Shown here: positions 57,489 to 64,000 of the stretch, piece after piece
Numbering within the stretch: the stretch's first letter is position 1
Layout: each line of letters opens with the position of its first letter
Assembly (NCBI GenBank): GCA_951406725.2
Contig: OX597817.1
Coordinates: 51,336,001 to 51,400,000, forward strand
Direction: 5' to 3'
DNA length: 64,000 bases
From: Octopus vulgaris
Lineage: Eukaryota
Position numbers and translations under genes: made by a program
The notes under the pieces: model-generated
Seen by the model: only the letters and a program-made list of their open reading frames with translations
Database searches by the model: none
What the model was told of the DNA's origin: nothing

Positions 57489-58157
57489 ATATATTTATAT
57501 TCTTTCACTTGTTTTAGTCATTTGACAGCAGCCATGCTACACCACCACCTTAGGTATATATACGTGTGTATGTGTGTGTTGTGCGTGTGATTTTTATATC
57601 ACGGTTATAGCGATATAATTTTGGATAAAGATAATAACAATAATTCTAGGATGGAATTTCGAAACATTTAATACATCGCTAGCTACGCGCGTTTCCACAA
57701 GACACGTGATTTTGACATCAGAGTCGGTATATTTTGGGGTAGTATAGTTCGTATTATCCGTGGGCATCTAATTAATCATGCATTATTGGATGTTTAAATG
57801 TTTAAAATTTTCAGAAATGCTTCAAATTTTGAAATGTTATAAATGATGAAAGCTTTGCCCGACGGGCGCATTTCCTTTTACATATCAGGCAGCTCTGAAA
57901 CGTACGTATTAAACACTTTCAAAATATCACTATTTCTTTTGAATTCTCTATACAGATGTGACAGGACCAGGATTGGTCGGAGCATTCGTATTGTGCCTTC
58001 TTTTTCCCGGCTCGTCTGCACGATAGTCCTGCGGTCGTCTTCAGAGGCGGTTGTAGCCTGAAAGACGATGAGATGACAGGCTTCAAAATTAGTTTCAGGA
58101 GCAGACCGCACTTGGTGACCAACGCAGCTGACACCGAGGGTATAATTCTATATCACA

Positions 58158-58194
<37 letters not shown>

Positions 58195-58233
58195 CCCTCT
58201 GTCTTCCCTTCCTTGGACCTTTCCTCTTTCTAT

Positions 58234-58268
58234 GTTTCTGACGAAGAGCTCTGCTCGAAACGTTAAAT
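58234..58268 (+). ncRNA. minimal type I hammerhead motif (canonical core) in a (TA)n-flanked ~180-bp element (58190-58370)
   Basis: GTTT-CTGACGA-A-GAGC-tct-GCTC-GAA-ACGT-T-AAAT: CUGANGA and GAAA core, 4-bp stem II, palindromic stem III. Confidence 0.7.
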
Positions 58269-58412
58269 CCTCCTTCTTTCTTTTCCTGAGCGTCAAATAA
58301 CAGTATACTTGTTCCACGTCCTCGCGTTGTTGCGTTTTCTCTTTGTGTTTTCATCTTTGGATTAACTATACATATATATATATATATAAATATGTGTTCG
58401 TGCATGTGTGTG

Positions 58413-58474
<62 letters not shown>

Positions 58475-59049
58475 TGGTTGTAAGGTATGCATATTTATGT
58501 GTGTGAGTGTGCGTGAGTCTGTGTTCTTGTATATTTAGAATTCACACGCTATACTGTATATGCAGTCATATAAATAGATGCGTTTATAACATCACGATAA
58601 TTCAGATAGATAAAGAAGCCAGGGAAAGTCGATTTTTTTTCATTTATTTTTTCACTACTTCACCAGTTTCAACGCATTAACCTCGCAAGTTTTATCTCTG
58701 TGATGGTCGTTAAGTCTTTCGCTTTTCTCCAGATATTAAATTTATGTGAATTTATGTTAGTATTTCGTCTTTATTATTTGTTAAGATTACATTTCCATCT
58801 CGAACGTTTTTTATGTATAGATTTTATAACGATCATTTTAACAGCAGGAAAATGTTTATCTAGTATTAAAAGAATACTTTCAAATGATATTACGACTCTT
58901 TGTGTTTTTTAAAAAAAGCATTGCCGGTGTTATTACTTTTATTCATATACGCTCAACAGATTAGAATGCTGGAAAAGAAAAGAATCCTAACATCGGGCTA
59001 CAACGAGTAAAATTAGATGCTCAGAACCCTCCTATTCGGTTACAGCCAG

Positions 59050-59410
59050 TAACCTTGGATGCCAAGAACCATCCTAAGTATCTTAGCTGTCCCTAATAAC
59101 GCTGTTCTCAGCAGCTGTACTAAACTGGGTTTTATGCCTATTTTCTCTACACATTTGGTCACATCTTTAGGGATAGTTCCCACGATATCTATAACTTCTG
59201 GGATACATTCTATCCGCACTTTTCATAGGCTCAGTAATTCAATAGTTAGGTCCTGGTACTTTGCTATTTTTTCTATATCTTTCATATGATGAAGGCATTG
59301 GCCTTCATCATTTGGGGCTGTAAAGTCAATTATCTTGCACTTTCTTTTCTCTTTATCTACTATTACCAAATCAGGCCTTCTAGCTTCTAGTACTCTGTCA
59401 GTCTGGATTT
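59050..59410 (-). mobile_element. R4/Dong-type non-LTR retrotransposon 3' fragment (restriction-like endonuclease)
   Basis: IQTDRVLEARRPDLVIVDKEKRKCKIIDFTAP...EKIAKYQDL...GTIPK...LLRTALLGTAKILRMVL (RPD..D..K..KY motif). Confidence 0.85.
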
Positions 59411-60924
59411 ACGTCGATAAATTAAGTGATAGTTACGCACTGTGGTCGATGTAATCGACTAACCCTCTTCCCCAAATTTCAGGCTTTGTGCCTATAGTAG
59501 AAAAGATTATTATTATCATTGTTGTTGACGGTAGTTGTTGTTGGTATTGTTGTTGTGGTGGTGGTGATTTTGGTGATGGCGGTGTTGTGGTTGTTGTTAT
59601 AATTATTATTTTATTTTTTTTTTTGCAGATGCTTCAATTTCTACCAGCTGCACCTAGTTCTAACCAGAGTTTCCAAGAGACAAATTTCTGCATCCAAATA
59701 TGCCATTAGATGAGGTAACACGCAACGAAAAGAAAATAATGTCTGTTTGTTGTGAAAAATTTCTTTATAAAATTTATAAAACTCACTGAGTTACATTGTA
59801 TTTAAATGGAAAGAAATCTACGTAAAATATGTGATATTTTCTAAATCACTTGTTTAGGGATTGTTTGCATCATATTAGTTCGCTTCTTTTTTGATAATAT
59901 TCCAACTGCCCAATAATAACACGCAATGTTGTTGGTTTAAAAGGTCACGTTCTTCCGATTTCTATCTTCAAGGATGTATATTTGAAGCTTTCAAGCATTT
60001 TGAGTGGTGTGCTTTTGTTTGCTGGGCCATAGGTGAATAATAAATGCCACAGAAGAGAAAAACGTAGTAAATGATTATTAATTTCAGATACGAAAATTAT
60101 TCAACATGATAAATGTTATCATCACAAACAAAGGTAGAAGACGCTTGTTATAATATGGGAGACCCCCTTTGGTCATGACTGACCATGGGATTGCACCTAG
60201 AAAGTTACACTCCGAGGCACAAGTCCAGGTAAGGTTGTTCGTGGAAGGCCAGCAATCGTCCATGCATACCGGCCTCCTCTCTCCACTCAACTGATGTTAT
60301 CCAAGGGAAAGGTAAAGGGGCCGATACAATTCAGATCTGTCATTTAAGCTTAATCAAAATACAGTTTGCATTTAAAATAAAAAAGTTAACCATACTTAAA
60401 TACATTTTGCCTTACTTATAAATTTTTTCATGATATTTTACCTCACAACTATTTTGATACAAATTTTTTTTGCATGGGACCAAAACTATGGAATTCCTCA
60501 TATTTTCCTCTATCATTGAAGCAAAGATAAACACACATATACGGGCGAGTAGGCGTAGCAGTACCCCAGGCACCATTCTGTGGATATCTAATGAGATAGG
60601 ATTGTTCTACGAGCCTGAAATAAAAAAGTTATTTAGATCTAAACTTGATTGGAGGCGTTACTTACTCTCCTATAACGTTGCTACAAATTTTGATGTAACC
60701 TTTTTTTTTCTACTGGACCAAATCTCAATTTTGTTATGCCACAATATAGCTAGGGACAAGTCCTCTTCAAAGGTGTAAACAATTTTCAATTTGATGAAGA
60801 ACTGAATTAGCGACAAGCTCTGAAAGATGTTGCATGTGAGTAAATTGTGGCCTTAAGATATATTATTCAACTACTACCTAAGTTGAATGATACATACATA
60901 CATACATCCATATGTGTGTGTATG

Positions 60925-60965
<41 letters not shown>

Positions 60966-61533
60966 GACGGGCTTTGGTTAGGCCGAGGCTACAGTAGAAG
61001 ACTTGATCAATTTGCCACGCCATGGGACTGAGTCCAGATCAATGTTGTTGGAAAGCAAAATCCATACCACACAGCCACGTCTTACCACGCGCCTATATGC
61101 AAACGAGTGTGTAGATGTCTGTGTGTGTGAGCATGCACAAATAGACGTACATACACACTTATACGGGCGAGTAGGCATAGCAGTCCTATATACGTCGTAA
61201 TGTTTCGTTGGCACTTCAAACGAACCTTCTTCTCAGGCACCATTCTGTGGATATCTGATGAGATAGCATTGTTCTACGAGCTTATGAAATTTTATGACGT
61301 ACGCAGCTAAATCGAACACTCATATACAGTATGCATAATAATCATTTCAAAATATATCTTCGCGAAATTAACTTACGATTACTTAACAACAGTGTAACTT
61401 CCATTTAACAAAGATATTTTCGGACCGGTAAGTAGAAAGCTAAGTATCCTCGTTGAGCGATTATCACATCAGAGGATCTGCTAACTAGGAAACATATGTA
61501 GCCTGAATTTTACCTGCTTCAATCGCTGAATGT

Positions 61534-61567
<34 letters not shown>

Positions 61568-61681
61568 ATATGTTACAATTATTCAATAGTCAAGATAAAA
61601 CTCTGAGTTTCAGATGCCGAAGTGGAAATCCACAACACCACCTCTTCGGTTATCTGGCCATCTAAAATCGTTTTTCTTGGA

Positions 61682-61990
61682 ATAGAATAAAGTCTATCTT
61701 TATTTCTTCTTATGCAGGTGGTTCAAAGTTAGGCTAAATCATTGTTTCTCAAAGGGAAGCCTATGGGACGATCGGACAAGTTGTTTTGAGAAATTTGGTT
61801 TAAATGTTGACAACTCATATAAGCAAAACGCCCCCCATCCAATGGACGGTGCTGAGTTGTCAACATTTAAAACCAATTTTCTCAAAACAACTTGTCCGAT
61901 CGTCCCATAGGCTTCCCCTTTGAGAAACAATGATTTAGCCTAAATTTGAACCACCAGCAAAAGAAGAAATAAAGATAGACTTTATTCTAT
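61682..61990. repeat. near-perfect inverted repeat (~135-bp arms, 35-bp spacer)
   Basis: 61682-61817 is the rc of 61853-61990. Confidence 0.95.
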
Positions 61991-62027
61991 ACATATATAC
62001 ATACATATATACATATACACATATACA

Positions 62028-62100
<73 letters not shown>

Positions 62101-62218
62101 TTAACAATTAAGGATAACTTCTTAATAAGGAATCTTAACAAGAAATTATCAGGTAGTTAGCGTGAAAAACCTCATAAGAGAAAAATTCGAAAATAATTTT
62201 TTTCTTTAGAACATATTA

Positions 62219-62423
62219 ATTTATATTGTATAGAGGGCATTATTACACATAAATGCCTCACACTAAGAGGGACATAAGTCATTACTACCAAAATTTCACT
62301 ATTTAAATGTCTTGCTTTGTAGAACTGCATTAGGTACGATTAGTGAAATTTTGGTAGTAATGACTTATGTCCCTCTTAGTGTGAGGCATTTATGTGTAAT
62401 AATGCCCTCTATACAATATAAAT
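62219..62423. repeat. inverted repeat (83-bp arms, 39-bp spacer)
   Basis: 62219-62301 is the rc of 62341-62423, with no mismatch seen by eye. Confidence 0.95.
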
Positions 62424-62928
62424 ATATATATATAAATATGTATATATATATATACACATATATATATATATACAAACACACGCATATATTCATATAGGTA
62501 TGTATATTTATGTATATACTATGTATAAATAGATAGATAGATTGCACAGCAAAACAGATGAGCCAGTCACAAACACCGTAGAAGTTTTGATGAAACGTAT
62601 AACAAGCATACAGATTCCTGTCCAACTAAAAGATTCCAAAACTCACCCCAAAGGCCAAAACAAGCCACCTTAATCACGAAATCTAAAGAAAATCACAAGG
62701 TGTTTATGGAGAGTTAACAAGATTGGCGATTGAGTGCAAAGACATAATTGCCAAAATGTCGCAGAGTCAATTCTACATGGGGAAAAAATGTCGTTATCTA
62801 TAATACGATGCATAATCATTTGTGTTTTTATAATTTATGGCTGTAAGATATTTATAGGGAGATAAATATTTGTATTCAACCACCGATGTTATTAGGCACA
62901 AATTCGCAAATGTCTGATTTTTGCCCGT

Positions 62929-62971
<43 letters not shown>

Positions 62972-63403
62972 TGTGTGTGTATGTGTGTGTGCATAAATGA
63001 TTAAATGTATGAATGTAACTACATATGGAAATATGAGTGCATATTTTTCATATATAAATATGTATATATACTTATATATATACATATATAAATACATATA
63101 TATATATACATATATATATACACACATGTAACATTTGCTATATATACATATATATATATACATGCGCAATCACATACACACACACTCATACACATTATAT
63201 ATAAATGTGTGGTAGCGCATGGGTGCGTGTATTTGTTTGTGTATATGTATGTGTGAATGAGAGTGTATATACAGATATATATATATATATACACACATAC
63301 ATATAGACATATACATACATATATATATATAGACATATACATACATATACACATACATACATACATGCATATACATACATACATATACATATACATACAC
63401 ATA

Positions 63404-63435
<32 letters not shown>

Positions 63436-64000
63436 CATATACATACATATATATATATATATATATGCATTTGAATAGATGTTTACTTAATGAATAAGGA
63501 GGTCATGCCTCCTCAGGCATTTTCATGGATCTCATTAAATAGATTTGTCAGTTTTCCTCTTGTCTACCAAGTACAACGCTTCATCTTGTTATTTACTCAT
63601 TTGCGAATTCCCGGTTGTTTCTGGAGTTGAAATAAACACCAACAATTGTTCTACACAGCGCCATTTTCTTTTCTTTCTGTATTTACTCCCATTCAAACCC
63701 TGGGCGCTGCGTTTCCTTCTGTGTAATGATATTATTCCTTTTGAAAAGAATCCACTTGGTGACCAATTGATCGAATTATTGTCTTTTATATTTCATTTCT
63801 TACTTCTTTCAGTCATTTGACTGCAGCCATTCCGAAGCCTCGCCTCGAAAAATTTTTAGGATATTTTTTTAAGCTTAAAACATATTCTGTCAATCCCTTT
63901 TTTTAAACCGCTAAGTTACGCCCACATGTCATTCTTCCACACTCGTTATTTCCCTATCCGATAAGTCAGTGATGGCGAGACTTCGAAGTACCAGTCATTC

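Noticed and set aside
59629-59714. Exon-like segment with a strong acceptor and a GAG/GTAACA donor
   Set aside because: Stops in all three frames; could be non-coding but is unsupported without RNA data.

Overview
AT-rich, microsatellite-saturated animal DNA. The SINE families suggest a cephalopod, probably Octopus; this is inferred, not database-checked. I can support no intact host gene, and most listed ORFs are microsatellite artefacts. The core of the window is a (TA)n hotspot at about 25.8-39.8 kb with three parts. (i) A young Neptune-type Penelope-like element (PLE) on the minus strand, with RT and GIY-YIG domains, a ~1.57-kb direct pseudo-LTR, a short inverted pseudo-LTR and hammerhead-like motifs with a U3-A8 core. 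Unusually, it has an extra coiled-coil ORF1 overlapping the AUG-less RT frame at a U-UUU-UUA -1 slippery site. (ii) A near full-length CR1/L2-group LINE whose Myb/SANT-like, polyQ, 2xCCCH ORF1 shares one reading frame with APE-RT. (iii) A nested palindrome. Elsewhere there are three tRNA-derived SINE families, short TA-flanked elements carrying minimal hammerheads, several fold-back elements, a GC-rich CR1-like LINE, and remnants of piggyBac, mariner, RTE and R4/Dong elements. All alignments and translations were done by eye, so boundaries are approximate.
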